Of a DNA stretch of 64,000 nucleotides, positions 63,478 through 64,000 are shown one piece after another. How positions within the stretch are numbered: position 1 is the stretch's first letter; the number at the start of each line of letters is the position of its first letter. The notes beneath the pieces were generated by a model. It ran no database searches, was not told where the DNA came from, and was given only the letters and a program-made list of their open reading frames with translations. Origin of the DNA: an uncultured Nitrososphaerota archaeon (GTDB lineage Archaea; Thermoproteota; Nitrososphaeria; Nitrososphaerales; Gagatemarchaeaceae). Location of the stretch: positions 448,001 through 512,000 of the forward strand of contig CAVRAG010000007.1 of the NCBI GenBank assembly GCA_963718895.1, read 5' to 3'. The translations under genes were made by a program, and so were the position numbers.

Positions 63478-64000
63478 TCAATCCATCACCTCTCCGCCGT
63501 CGACGACGAGGCTCTGGCCGGTGACGAAGCTCGAGGCGTCGCTTGCGAAGAAGGCGGCCACCTTCGCTACCTCCTCAGGATGGCCGAAGCGTTTGAGGGG
63601 GATGACCTCCTTGTATGACTTGGCCTGCGCCTCGGTCAGCCACTCGACCCAACCAGTCTCTATGGAACCCAGGATCATGCAGTTCACCGCCACTTCAGGC
63701 GCGAGCGTCCTCGCGAGCATCTTCGTCAGCGTGAGTACCGACGCCTTTACCGGAGCATAAACCAACCCGTCGAGGTCACCGGTAAGCACCGGCGTGGAGG
63801 CGATGTTCACGACCCTCCCGCCGCGCGCTTTCATCAGGGGGACCGACTTCTGGGTGCAGAGGAACGTGCCTATGAGGTCGACGCCGAAGACCTTCCTCCA
63901 CATGTCGACCGTGATATCCTCGAGCTTGGAGTTCCAAATCTCAGCATTGGCAAGCCCGGCGTTGTTCACGAGGACGTCGAGGCCCCCGAAATTCCCTCGT
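63478..64000 (-). CDS. SDR-family (FabG-like) oxidoreductase, 5' part beyond the window
   Basis: LVNNAG, VVNIAS, YAPVK, PLKRFG.PEEVA, TGQSLVVDGG. Confidence 0.9.
   Translation of the reverse strand, partial: RGNFGGLDVLVNNAGLANAEIWNSKLEDITVDMWRKVFGVDLIGTFLCTQKSVPLMKARGGRVVNIASTPVLTGDLDGLVYAPVKASVLTLTKMLARTLAPEVAVNCMILGSIETGWVEWLTEAQAKSYKEVIPLKRFGHPEEVAKVAAFFASDASSFVTGQSLVVDGGEVMD

Overview
Archaeal chromosomal window (high GC; archaeal ribosomal proteins, Cbf5, Rpp29 and a BHB-intron tRNA; most likely a non-ammonia-oxidising Nitrososphaerota, by inference). Layout: (1) 1-15.4 kb metabolic and accessory genes (CoxL-like molybdoenzyme, purA, flavin disulfide reductase, HoxN Ni/Co permease, DUF4331 with a Tat-signal partner, GNAT, amidohydrolase, class V aminotransferase). 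(2) 15.4-35.3 kb, a ~19.9-kb element integrated into the 3' end of a two-intron tRNA-Ser(GGA), with an 18-bp att direct repeat, imperfect terminal inverted repeats, tyrosine integrase, PIN/RHH pair, VirD4/HerA-type ATPase-nuclease, HNH, MacB-type ABC transporter and many small surface proteins. Three of the surface-protein genes sit behind copies of a 22-26-bp site, and diverged duplicate fragments of core genes lie between cargo genes, suggesting an undescribed cassette-accretion or inversion system. (3) 36-48.5 kb, the rpl22-to-cbf5 ribosomal superoperon, heavily frameshifted (probably sequencing indels). (4) 48.6-64 kb, a mycobacterial Sdh1-like (type F) succinate dehydrogenase, SUF operon, candidate C/D sRNA, GAF protein, katG inserted into a decayed aquaporin gene, an atypical MVD-family enzyme and an SDR. 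Family assignments come from motif recognition only; no searches were run, and boundaries of frameshifted genes are approximate.
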